NCBI GenBank assembly: GCA_965220965.1
Contig: OZ244852.1
Span: 2,208,001-2,272,000 of the forward strand
Reading direction: 5' to 3'
DNA length: 64,000 bases
From: Candidatus Marinacidobacterium sp.
GTDB lineage: Bacteria > Acidobacteriota > Vicinamibacteria > Marinacidobacterales > Marinacidobacteraceae
Within the stretch, counting starts at the first letter, position 1. Each line of letters opens with the position of its first letter. The position numbers were made by a program, and so were the translations under genes. This document shows, in pieces, positions 29,424-38,465 of the stretch. The notes beneath the pieces were generated by a model, which had not been told where the DNA came from, did not search any database, and saw only the letters and a list, made by a program, of their open reading frames with translations.

Positions 29424-29515
29424 GGCGGTAGGGCGGACGGGCTCGCGGATGCGCTCACGTTCTCATCCTGACGGGCGCGTCACAGGTTCCGATGCTATCC
29501 ATGCTTGGGGATCTG

Positions 29516-29770
29516 ATGCACACAACCCGTCTGCGTAGAGTCGGTGGCGCGGTGATGCTCGCCGTACCGCCGGCGCTCCTTGATCGCCTTGGGCTCCGCG
29601 CCGGCGACCGGGTGACGATCGGAGCCGAAGACGGCCGGCTGGTCGTGGCGCCGCGCGGCCGGCCTCGCTACCCGCTCGACGAACTCCTGGCGCAGCGCCG
29701 GGAGTCCGGTCCGGACGACGAAGACCGGGCGTGGCTCGAGGGAGGACCGGTCGGGCGAGAACTGCTGTAG
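29516..29770 (+). CDS. PemI/MazE (AbrB-fold) antitoxin, orphan
   Basis: MHTTRLRRVGGAVMLAVPPALLDRLGL..G..V.I..EDGRLVV.P..RPRY.LDELLAQ...W....PVGRELL, PemI-like. No pemK/mazF follows. Confidence 0.88.
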   Translation: MHTTRLRRVGGAVMLAVPPALLDRLGLRAGDRVTIGAEDGRLVVAPRGRPRYPLDELLAQRRESGPDDEDRAWLEGGPVGRELL

Positions 29771-29799
29771 CCGTCCTCGCCCTCGGTCGGCCCCTCCGA

Positions 29800-31104
29800 T
29801 CAGACGTCCCGGAGCTGGTTCTCGGAGGCGGCCACCACCGAGGCGACGGTGAGGTCGCCGGTCACGTTCGTCGCGGTGCGGATCATGTCGAGGATGCGGT
29901 CCACCCCCAGGATGAGCGCGACACCGGCGGCGGGGACACCGATCGCCTGCAGGATGATCACCAGCATGATGATCCCGGCGCCCGGCACCGCGGCGGTGCC
30001 GATGGAGACCAGGACCGCGGTGATCACGATCGTGAGCTGACCCTCGAGACCGACTCCGAGGCCCAGCGACTGGGCGATGAAGACGGCGGCCACCGCCTGG
30101 TAGAGCGCGGTGCCGTCCATGTTGACGGTGGCGCCTAGGGGGAGCACGAACGAGGAGACCTCCTCGGACACTCCGAGATCGCGCTGGGCGCGGTCCATCG
30201 TGACCGGCAGGGTGGCCCCGCTGGAGCTCGTGGAGAACGCGACGAGCTGCACCTGCGCCGCCGCCGGGAAGAACCGGCGCCAGGGCAGCGGCGTGAAGAA
30301 CCGCAGGATCAGCGGATACACGATCAGCATCTGGGTCGCCAGCCCGCCCACGACGATCAGGCAGTAGTACCCGAGCGCTGCGAGGAGCTGGGTGACCTGG
30401 CCCGGGTCGTCGCCCGCCATCCCGGTTATGGCGGTGGCGATCAGGGCGAAGACACCGATCGGCGCCATGAGCATCACGATGTGGACGATCTCGATGACGA
30501 CCGCTTCGAGCCCCTTGAAGAACCCGAGAAGGGGTCCGGCTCGATCCGCCGGGATCCGCAACAGCGCGATCCCGAAGAGCAGCGACAGGAACACGATCTG
30601 GAGCATGTTCCGGTTGCTCGAGGCGGAGGAGACCGCGTTCGGCGGCACGATGTCCTCGAGCATGCTCAAGGGGCCGCGCTCCTCCATCATGGCGGCCGCC
30701 TGACCCTCCCGGCTGGCGGCGGCCTCCTCGTACTGGAGCGAGAGCTCCTCCTGGAGCGCGGGGGGAACCTGGTCACCCGGCCGGAAGATGTTCACGTAGG
30801 CAAGGCCGATCGTCACCGACACCGCCGTCGTCGCGATGTAGATCGCGATCGTCTTGCCGCCGATCCGGCTCACCTTGCGAATGTCGCTCAGCGAAGCGAC
30901 GCCGAGCACGAGCGAAGCGAGCACCAGCGGCACCGCGATGACCTGGAGCCCGTTGAAGAACACCGTGCCGAAGGGGCTGATGTAGTCGCTTGTGAACTGG
31001 CCCCAGCCGAAGGCGGCGGCGGCGACGCCGTAGACGATGCCGAGCGCCAGACCGAGAACGATCCGGAACCAGAGAGTTCGATACCAGGGAGTCGCTTGCT
31101 TCAT
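29800..31104 (-). CDS. Dicarboxylate/amino acid:cation symporter (DAACS, GltP-like)
   Basis: AFSTSSSGATLP, LPLGATVNMDGTALY, DRILDMIRTATNVTGD. Confidence 0.95.
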   Translation of the reverse strand: MKQATPWYRTLWFRIVLGLALGIVYGVAAAAFGWGQFTSDYISPFGTVFFNGLQVIAVPLVLASLVLGVASLSDIRKVSRIGGKTIAIYIATTAVSVTIGLAYVNIFRPGDQVPPALQEELSLQYEEAAASREGQAAAMMEERGPLSMLEDIVPPNAVSSASSNRNMLQIVFLSLLFGIALLRIPADRAGPLLGFFKGLEAVVIEIVHIVMLMAPIGVFALIATAITGMAGDDPGQVTQLLAALGYYCLIVVGGLATQMLIVYPLILRFFTPLPWRRFFPAAAQVQLVAFSTSSSGATLPVTMDRAQRDLGVSEEVSSFVLPLGATVNMDGTALYQAVAAVFIAQSLGLGVGLEGQLTIVITAVLVSIGTAAVPGAGIIMLVIILQAIGVPAAGVALILGVDRILDMIRTATNVTGDLTVASVVAASENQLRDV

Positions 31105-31159
31105 GACGGGAAAGGCACCTCGCGGCCGCGTCTGGTTGCTGGGGAGGGCGTGACGGCGG

Positions 31160-32728
31160 CTATTCGCCTGGTCGGTTGCCCCGGAGCAGGAACCGGCCCA
31201 GTCGCCCGAGCCGGGTCAGTCGGATGGGAGGCCGGTCGCCCGGCTCGCGCCCATAGGCGCCGACCTGGATCACGGCCTCCCCCGAGAGGATCAGAAGGAG
31301 GTCCTCGCCGAGCAGCTTCCGCCGGAATCCCCGGAGCGGACGCACATCCGCGGCCTCCTTCGGCCAGGCGGCGGCGATCGTCCGGAGCTCCTCCTGGGTG
31401 GCGAGAAGCTCGGCCGCGACGCCGTGCTCGGCGGCGCGGAGGCGAAGCCAGGTCTCGAGCAGCAGAGCGAGCGACTCGGGCGCCGGCCGGCGGGCGACGG
31501 GGCCGGTGCCCGAGAACTGCACCTTGCGCTTCGCTCCCGCGGCGATGACCTGGAGGATCGCGTCCGCGTTCTTGGCGAGCACGGCGCGCGTCTGCTGGGT
31601 TGCGCGGGGGTCTCCCTTGGGCGGGCGGCCCGAGGGCGAGGGCTCGTAGGGCGCGAGCAGATCGCTCCGGTTCTTCGGCTGCCGCCGGGCCAGGTCCTTG
31701 ATCGCCCCGTCCTTGAGCACCCAGCCCCGGGGCCGGTTCGCGCTGCGCGCCCGGCGCTCCCGCCACGCGCTCAGCTCGGCGAGCGTCCCGCGCTGCGACG
31801 GATTGAAACTGGAGGCGTCGAGGGATCGGTAGGAGTCCTCCACCGGCGCGAGCCCGTAGCTCGCCGCATCGGTAAGCGACGCCATCTCCTCGTCCAGCCA
31901 TTCCAGCCGACCGAGGGCCCGGGCGCGCTCCCGCAACTTGTTCCGCAGCGGCAGCAGGTAGCGGACGTCCGCGATCGCATAGTCCACCTGACGCGGGGTG
32001 AGCGGGCGCCGCCTCCAGTCGGACATCTGCTCCTGCTTCGAGAGGTCCCGGCCCACGAAGCCGGCGACCAGCGTGCGCAGCGCGATCTGCGTCTTCTTGC
32101 CGTGGCCGATGACGGCGGCGGCGACCTGGGTGTCGAAGACCGCTCGCGGAACGACCGAGGCCTCGTGGTGGAAGATGTCGAAGTCGTGCTTCCCGGCATG
32201 CACGACCTTGAGCACCTTCGGGTCCGCGACGAGCTCGAAGAGGGGCCCCAGGTCCTTGATCTCGAGTGGATCCACCACCGCTTCCAGGCCGGGCGCGGCC
32301 ACCTGGACCAGACACAGTTCCGGAAACAGCCGGTTCTCGGGGATGAACTCGGTGTCGAGCGCGAACTTCCCCGCCCTTCGCAGATCGGCGACGAGCGAGG
32401 CGAGATCCTCCGGATCGCGCACGATGCGGACCGCGCCGGCCACCGCCACTTTCGGCCGCCGGTTCACGCCCGGGGAGCTTCGGGGGCGGTTCGAACGGGC
32501 CGCTTCCGAAGAAGGTCGGGATCCCGCGCCCGGGCGACGACTCTGCGTCCGGCCTTCGCCCTTGTCCGGAGCGGCTTTCCGGCGCGTCCGGCGTCGCCGG
32601 CTGGCGGGCGGCGCTTCGGCGCCGTGGGCTTCCCCGGTCGTTTCCGCCTTCTGCTGTGTTTCCAAAGGGGTTGGGAGCTTCCCCCGCGCCGGCGGGATTT
32701 CAGCGACCGCTCCGGGGGGCGACCTCAT
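31160..32728 (-). CDS. rnd: Ribonuclease D (DEDDy exonuclease + HRDC) with long basic N-terminal extension
   Basis: ALDTEF, LCLVQVA, KVVHAGKHD, FDTQVAA, SDWRRRPLTPRQVDYAIADV, HRDC WRERRARSANRP. Start uncertain. Confidence 0.9.
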   Translation of the reverse strand: MRSPPGAVAEIPPARGKLPTPLETQQKAETTGEAHGAEAPPASRRRRTRRKAAPDKGEGRTQSRRPGAGSRPSSEAARSNRPRSSPGVNRRPKVAVAGAVRIVRDPEDLASLVADLRRAGKFALDTEFIPENRLFPELCLVQVAAPGLEAVVDPLEIKDLGPLFELVADPKVLKVVHAGKHDFDIFHHEASVVPRAVFDTQVAAAVIGHGKKTQIALRTLVAGFVGRDLSKQEQMSDWRRRPLTPRQVDYAIADVRYLLPLRNKLRERARALGRLEWLDEEMASLTDAASYGLAPVEDSYRSLDASSFNPSQRGTLAELSAWRERRARSANRPRGWVLKDGAIKDLARRQPKNRSDLLAPYEPSPSGRPPKGDPRATQQTRAVLAKNADAILQVIAAGAKRKVQFSGTGPVARRPAPESLALLLETWLRLRAAEHGVAAELLATQEELRTIAAAWPKEAADVRPLRGFRRKLLGEDLLLILSGEAVIQVGAYGREPGDRPPIRLTRLGRLGRFLLRGNRPGE

Positions 32729-32824
32729 GGGATCGCGCCGCCCGCGGGCCCGGGTGGGCCGAAGCGGCCCGGACCGGTAGTGTACTGCCCGGACTCCGGT
32801 CCCCCCTCCCCTTCGAGATACGCG

Positions 32825-34234
32825 ATGGAAGACCCCGGACTGCTCAGCGTCCTCCCCCCGGTGCTGGCCATCCTGGTGGCGCTGGTCACCCGGCAGGCGG
32901 TGCTCGCCCTGATCGCGGGCGTCGTGGTCGGCGAACTGGTGCTCGCCGGAGGCGGCGTGCTGAGCGCGCTCGCCGGGAGCGTCTCCCGGGTGACGACGGC
33001 GTTCGCGGACAACCCCTCGATCCTGCTGTTCAGCACCCTGGTCGGGAGCGTCCTCGCGCTTATGGGGCGGATCGGAGGCGTCACCGGGTTCGTGAACTGG
33101 ATGACATCGGGGGGGCTGGTCCGGAGCCCTCGCGGAGCGCAGGCGGTGGCGCTGGTGCTGGGACTCGGGGTGTTCGTCGAGTCCAGCATCACCTGCCTCG
33201 TCAGCGGGACCGCCGCCCGGCCGCTGTTCGACCGGTTCCGGCTGTCGCGCGAGAAGCTCGCCTATCTCACCGACTCGACGTCGGCCCCCGTCTGCATTCT
33301 CATCCCGATGAACGGATGGGGGGCGCTGGTCATCGGCATCCTCGGAACGCTCGGGTTCGAAAACGGCGTCCGGGTCCTCGTGGGGAGCATCCCGTTCAAC
33401 TTCTATGCGCTGGTGGCGGTGGCGCTGGCCTTCTGGTTCGGCCTCTCGAACCGGGACTTCGGCCCGATGGCGCGCGCCCAGAAGCGCGCCCGCGAGACCG
33501 GCCAGGTGCTGCGGGAGGGCGCCCGCCCGCTGGTGAGCACCGAGGTGCTCGCGACCGCCCCGGGGCCGGGAGTTCCCGACCGGGCGCGCAACATGGTCAT
33601 ACCGCTCGCCGTCCTGCTCGTCATGATCTTCGTCGGGCTCGCGGTGACCGGCGAGGGGGATCTCCTCGCCGGCGACGGCGGGACCTCCGTGCTCTGGGCC
33701 ACGCTCTGCGCGATCGTGGCGGCGGCCGCGCTCGGGCTCGTCGGGCGCGCGATCCGCGTTTCGGAAACGATGGACCTGATCCTGAAGGGCGCCGGGGGGA
33801 TGGTGCCGGTCGTGGCCGTGCTGCTCGTTTCCTTCGCGATCGCCGGGGTGGCCCGCGACCTGGGGACCGGGGCGTATCTCGCCGGTCTGGCGGAGGCCTC
33901 GATGCCGGTCTGGCTCGTTCCCGCGGTGATCTTCGTGGTGAGCGGGGTCATGGCGTTCTCCACCGGGACGTCCTGGGGGACGTTCGGGATCATGCTGCCG
34001 CTGGGGATCCCGGTGGGCATGGCGCTGGGGCTCGATCCCACCCTCGTCGTGGGGGCCGTGCTCTCCGGCGGCATCTTCGGCGACCACTGCTCGCCGATCT
34101 CGGACACCACGATCATCGCCTCGATGGCCTCGGCGTCCGACCTGGTGGATCACGTCAACACCCAGTTGCCCTACGCCGTCCTCGGCGCCGCCGGAGCCAT
34201 CCTCCTGTTCCTCGCGGCCGGGCTCGCCGCCTGA
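32825..34234 (+). CDS. Na+/H+ antiporter NhaC family protein
   Basis: LSVLPPVLAI, SREKLAYLTDSTSAP, FSTGTSWGTFGIM, FGDHCSPISDTTI, HVNTQLPYA. Confidence 0.92.
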   Translation: MEDPGLLSVLPPVLAILVALVTRQAVLALIAGVVVGELVLAGGGVLSALAGSVSRVTTAFADNPSILLFSTLVGSVLALMGRIGGVTGFVNWMTSGGLVRSPRGAQAVALVLGLGVFVESSITCLVSGTAARPLFDRFRLSREKLAYLTDSTSAPVCILIPMNGWGALVIGILGTLGFENGVRVLVGSIPFNFYALVAVALAFWFGLSNRDFGPMARAQKRARETGQVLREGARPLVSTEVLATAPGPGVPDRARNMVIPLAVLLVMIFVGLAVTGEGDLLAGDGGTSVLWATLCAIVAAAALGLVGRAIRVSETMDLILKGAGGMVPVVAVLLVSFAIAGVARDLGTGAYLAGLAEASMPVWLVPAVIFVVSGVMAFSTGTSWGTFGIMLPLGIPVGMALGLDPTLVVGAVLSGGIFGDHCSPISDTTIIASMASASDLVDHVNTQLPYAVLGAAGAILLFLAAGLAA

Positions 34235-34305
34235 ACGGTCCAGTCCGGCCCACCCGTTCCACAGGCCGCCAGGCCGTTCGCTCCCCGTAGACTTTCCGTC
34301 CCGGC

Positions 34306-35163
34306 ATGGATGACAGCGCACTCCTCGACGCCCTGGCGCCGGAGGCGCAGCCTTCCGGAGGCCCGGACCTCGTCCCGCTCGATCCGGATCACCCCGGGTT
34401 CCGCGACCCGGTGTACCGGGCGCGACGGAACCGGATCGCGCAGCTCGCCTACGACTACCGGCAAGGGGATCCGGCGCCGGACGTCGAGTACACCGCGGAG
34501 GAGCACGAGGTGTGGCGCACCGTGCGCCGTCTGCTGGACCCGAAGCACCGGGCGGCGGCCTGCCGGGAGTACCTCGAGTGCCTCGATCTGGTGGCGCTTC
34601 CGGACGACCGGGTCCCCCAGCTCGAGGAGGTCAACGCCAGGATCCGGCCGCTCACCGGATTCCGGATGCTGCCGGTCGCCGGCCTCGTGACCGCGCGGGC
34701 CTTCCTCGAGTTCCTCGCCGACCGGGTGTTCCTCGCCACCCAGTACATCCGCCACGCCAGCCGCCCGACCTACACCCCGGAGCCCGACGTGATCCACGAG
34801 CTGGTGGGGCACGCCGCGTCCTTCGCCCACCCGGACTTCTCCGAGTTGTCCGCGCACTTCGGGCGGGCGGCGCGCGCCGCGAGCGACGCGGAGGTCGAGC
34901 GGCTCGCGCGGCTCTACTGGTTCACGCTGGAGTTCGGGGCCGCGCTCGAGGACGGGACGCCGAAGGCCTACGGCGCCGGATTGCTGTCGTCGGTCGGCGA
35001 ACTGGACCGGCTCGAGGAGGCCGAACTTCGCCGCTTCGACTGCGAGGCGATGGCGAACACTCCGTTCGACCCGACGGACTACCAGCCCTTCTACTTCCTG
35101 GCGACGAGCTTCGCCGACATGCGCCGGGAGGTGGGCGAGTTCCTGCGTCAGTACGCCGACTGA
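34306..35163 (+). CDS. phhA: Phenylalanine 4-monooxygenase (pterin-dependent aromatic amino acid hydroxylase)
   Basis: DHPGFRDPVYRARR, TQYIRH, YTPEPDVIHELVGH (Fe His ligands), YWFTLEFG (Glu ligand), AYGAGLLSS. Confidence 0.93.
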   Translation: MDDSALLDALAPEAQPSGGPDLVPLDPDHPGFRDPVYRARRNRIAQLAYDYRQGDPAPDVEYTAEEHEVWRTVRRLLDPKHRAAACREYLECLDLVALPDDRVPQLEEVNARIRPLTGFRMLPVAGLVTARAFLEFLADRVFLATQYIRHASRPTYTPEPDVIHELVGHAASFAHPDFSELSAHFGRAARAASDAEVERLARLYWFTLEFGAALEDGTPKAYGAGLLSSVGELDRLEEAELRRFDCEAMANTPFDPTDYQPFYFLATSFADMRREVGEFLRQYAD

Positions 35164-35197
35164 ACGCCCGGCGCGGAGCCTGGGCTCGGATAAGCGC

Positions 35198-36484
35198 TCA
35201 GATTGCGCGGATCACGAGCACCGTCGAGTCATCCTCGGGCGCTCCGCCGCGGAAACGGCGCGCCTCCCGCAGCACCAGGTCGCACACTTCGGTCGCCGGA
35301 AGCCCCTGGTCGCGCTGCGTCGCGAGCAGCGACGCCAGCCGACCGCGACCGTAGAGGTCCCCCGCCGCGTCGGCGCTCTCGGTGATGCCGTCGGTGTAGA
35401 AGGCGAGGAGGTCCCCGGTCCCGAGCTGGATGTCCTGCTCGAAGTATCGCGGCCGGGGGAACAGGCCCACCGGCAGGCCCCCGGCGTGGATGAACTCGAG
35501 TTCCCCGCTGGCGCGCAGCAGGACGGGAGGCGCGTGGCCGGCGTTGATGTAGATGAGGCGCCGGAGCGGGACGTCGAGCACCCCATAGAAGAGCGTGGCG
35601 TAGCGCGTCTCGCCCACCGTCTGGTAGAGCAGGCGGTTCGTCCGGTTCAGGATGGCGCGCAGCGACAGCTCGGAGTGGGCGAGCGAGAAGATCGCGGCGC
35701 GGAGCACCGCGACCAGCAGCGCCGCCGGAACCCCCTTCCCCGACACGTCCGCCACCGCGATTCCCCAGCGGTCCTCGGCGAGCGGGATGAAGTCGTAGTA
35801 GTCGCCTCCGACCTGGGAACACGGTTCATAGGCGGCGGCCAGATCCAGACCCGGCAGATCCGGACGCTCATGCGGCAGCAGGTCGTGGAGAACCTTCCGG
35901 GCCACCTCGAGCTCGGAGACCAGCCGCCGGCCCTCGACCGCCTTCTCGTAGAACAGCACCCGCTCCAGCGCCGGAGTGGCGCCCAGCGCGTAGGCGCGAA
36001 GCGCGGCGCACTCGCCCTCGGAGAACCCGTCAGGCCTCGGGGACTCGCCGACGAGAACCCCGATCCGGCGGCCGCCGGCGCCGAGGAGCGGCGCGGCCAC
36101 GACCGACCGGGTCGCGGCGTCGAGATCGGGGTCTTCGGCCCCTCCGGACGTCACATCCGACCGGAAGCAGACCCTTCCTTCCTCGAACGCCTTCCGCAGA
36201 ATCCCCTCCGGCGGGATCCTCCGGCTGCGCCGGAGCTGCGGGGAATGGCTGTCCGCGGGGGACGCCCCGCGGCCGCGGGCGCGGCGGCAGACGACGGCCG
36301 CGCCATCGAGGCCCACGACGGTGATCGTCGCCCGGTCGGCGCCCGGCAGCACGTGGCGGACTCCGGCGAGAACGGTGTCCGAGGTGCGCCCGAGTTCCAG
36401 GGTGCGCCCCATCTCCTGGAAGGCCTCGAGGAGCGGTTCGACGAAGGGTTCCGCCACGGCGGGCGGCGGGACGGGCGCGGACAT
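35198..36484 (-). CDS. GAF domain + SpoIIE/PP2C phosphatase (RsbU-like)
   Basis: GAF region, VGGDYYDF, VADVSGKGVPAAL, NAGH, FYTDGITE, EDDSTVL. Confidence 0.93.
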   Translation of the reverse strand: MSAPVPPPAVAEPFVEPLLEAFQEMGRTLELGRTSDTVLAGVRHVLPGADRATITVVGLDGAAVVCRRARGRGASPADSHSPQLRRSRRIPPEGILRKAFEEGRVCFRSDVTSGGAEDPDLDAATRSVVAAPLLGAGGRRIGVLVGESPRPDGFSEGECAALRAYALGATPALERVLFYEKAVEGRRLVSELEVARKVLHDLLPHERPDLPGLDLAAAYEPCSQVGGDYYDFIPLAEDRWGIAVADVSGKGVPAALLVAVLRAAIFSLAHSELSLRAILNRTNRLLYQTVGETRYATLFYGVLDVPLRRLIYINAGHAPPVLLRASGELEFIHAGGLPVGLFPRPRYFEQDIQLGTGDLLAFYTDGITESADAAGDLYGRGRLASLLATQRDQGLPATEVCDLVLREARRFRGGAPEDDSTVLVIRAI

Positions 36485-36631
36485 CGGACGGACGGCAACC
36501 TACCTCGCATCGGGAGCGTCCGCCGGCGAGATTCCGGCTGGGACTACGGAGCCCCTACGCCCTGGCGGGGAGCCGCTCACCTCACGGGAACGGCTGCGGG
36601 AGGGGGCGCCCCTCCCGCGCCGCGTGACCCT

Positions 36632-37300
36632 CTACCGGGACCCGAAGCAGTAGAAGAGCCCGTCGCCCCCGGTGCCCTGAAGGTCGGACTGGCCGCAGCC
36701 GCGCGAGCCGTGCGCCGAGTTCCAGGATGTCCCGTCGTCGCCCCCGCCGACGCGGTCGTGGTGCCCGACCCGGGCGCTGCCGTCACCCGAATTGCTCGTC
36801 CAGTTGGAGCACGTCGTGTCGCCGTCGCCCTCGAAGGCGGCGCCGTCCGACGCGGTGCCGGTGATGATGTCGTGGCGGTTCACGTCATCCCCGCGCCCGG
36901 AAATCACCTCGCCGCTCTCCGAGACGGAATTCTCCTTGCTCAGCATGTTGCTGTCCGAGTGGAGGTCCATCACGTTGCTGGCGACCATGACGCCGTTCGC
37001 GTTGTGCCAGGGTCCGGAACCGATCCGGTCGCGGGCGTGCTCGCCGCCGTCGCCCACCGTGCTGAGATAGGCGCGCCAGGTGATGCCGGAGTCGGCGCCG
37101 GCCTCCGCCGCGAGGGCGGCGCAGTGGGCGTCGGCGCCCTCGAGCCCGCCGAGGTTCGCTCCGTCCCCGGCGCCCCGACTCGTCAGGAAGAAGGTCATCG
37201 GCTCCTGGACGAGCGGAACGCTCTTCGTGGAGGCGACTCCGAGGCCGGCGAGGGCCGGAACGATCGCTGCGATCAGGACAAGTGCGACGCGTTTCTTCAT
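36632..37300 (-). CDS. Secreted C-type-lectin/endostatin-like fold protein
   Basis: Signal peptide, FFLTS.G.G.GANLGGLEGADAHC, WRAYLS, ARDRIGSGPW, TCSNWTS, GLFYCF. RBS AAGGAG and TACAAT upstream. Confidence 0.78.
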   Translation of the reverse strand: MKKRVALVLIAAIVPALAGLGVASTKSVPLVQEPMTFFLTSRGAGDGANLGGLEGADAHCAALAAEAGADSGITWRAYLSTVGDGGEHARDRIGSGPWHNANGVMVASNVMDLHSDSNMLSKENSVSESGEVISGRGDDVNRHDIITGTASDGAAFEGDGDTTCSNWTSNSGDGSARVGHHDRVGGGDDGTSWNSAHGSRGCGQSDLQGTGGDGLFYCFGSR

Positions 37301-37359
37301 GGAAGGCTCCTTCCCGGAAAGACCGGAATGCCGATTGTAGGAGCCTGGCGCGTCGGGGC

Positions 37360-38448
37360 CTAACGGAACCGCCGGACGCCCCACCACAGGAGCGGGAGGA
37401 TGAAGACGATCCAGAAGCCGTAGGTGAGGATGCGGTAGCCGATCCCGATGAGCCCGGCGAGCCCGGCCTGGGCCAGGAGCGCCGCCAGCAGCAGCACGAC
37501 GGTGGAGGTCAGGGGCCGCAGCGAGGGGCGCAACTTCCGGCCGCTCTCCTCGAGCGCGCGGGCGATGCGCTCGTTGAAGGCGTGGATCAGGCTGGTGGCG
37601 GTCTCGACGAGCGTGCCGAAGAGGACCACCTGGAAGGCGACGAGGAGTAGCGGCGAGCCGATGGCCGCGAGCAGGGTGAGCGACGGGACCGTCTCGTTGA
37701 CCATCGCGGGGCCCAGCCCCGAGATGGCGACGAAGAAGAGGATGGCCGGAAGGATCCCGATGGGACCGGCGAGGACGCCGGCGATGACCGCGTCCCGCCG
37801 GGTCTTCAGGTGGCGGGCGCAGAACAGGACAGCGGGCAGCGTCCCCACGTTGTAGGCCATGTACTCCGCCCCGCCGAGGGCCCAGTCGCGAGTCACCTCC
37901 CCGGACGCCAGGCCGGCCATGATGTCGGGACCGAAGCTGCGGAAGGAGGCGATCAGGACGACCGCGTAGAGCGCGTAGAGCGCGATGGACCACGCCGAGA
38001 GGAACCCCTCGACCGCGGAGGTGCCCCCGAGGACGAGCCACCCGACCGCCGCCATGATCGCGAGCACCCCGACGACGTAGGGAAGCCCCAGCGAACGCGA
38101 CACGATTTCGCCGCCGGCGGCGGCGACGACCGAGACCACGACCAGCATCGAGGCGAGGTAGAGCGCCTCGTAGAGCCCGTGCCACCGGCCCAGCAGGGCG
38201 CGGGCGAAGTTGCGGTAGTCGAACGCTCCGGCGCGGCGCGAGACCTCGAAGGTGAGCGCGCACACCACCGACCAGAGCGGCACGGTCACGACCACCATCC
38301 CGAGGAGTCCGCCGAGGACCCCCTTCGTCAGGAAGAAATCCACCAGCTCCCGACCGGTGCCGTAGCCCCCGGCGATGATCATCGACTGGAAGCAGAACCC
38401 CGGGAGGAGCACCCGCTGGAACCACGGGGAGCGCAGGGGGTTCTTCAT
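37360..38448 (-). CDS. YkvI-like membrane protein (APC-superfamily putative transporter)
   Basis: FQSMIIAGGYGTGRELVDFF, about ten TMs. Confidence 0.8.
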   Translation of the reverse strand: MKNPLRSPWFQRVLLPGFCFQSMIIAGGYGTGRELVDFFLTKGVLGGLLGMVVVTVPLWSVVCALTFEVSRRAGAFDYRNFARALLGRWHGLYEALYLASMLVVVSVVAAAGGEIVSRSLGLPYVVGVLAIMAAVGWLVLGGTSAVEGFLSAWSIALYALYAVVLIASFRSFGPDIMAGLASGEVTRDWALGGAEYMAYNVGTLPAVLFCARHLKTRRDAVIAGVLAGPIGILPAILFFVAISGLGPAMVNETVPSLTLLAAIGSPLLLVAFQVVLFGTLVETATSLIHAFNERIARALEESGRKLRPSLRPLTSTVVLLLAALLAQAGLAGLIGIGYRILTYGFWIVFILPLLWWGVRRFR

Positions 38449-38465
38449 CGGGATGGGGGCGGCGA

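Noticed and set aside
31160-34321. 1053-aa RNase D and 936-aa NhaC apparent fusions
   Set aside because: These are over-extended ORFs of two divergent genes reading through each other's antisense strand.
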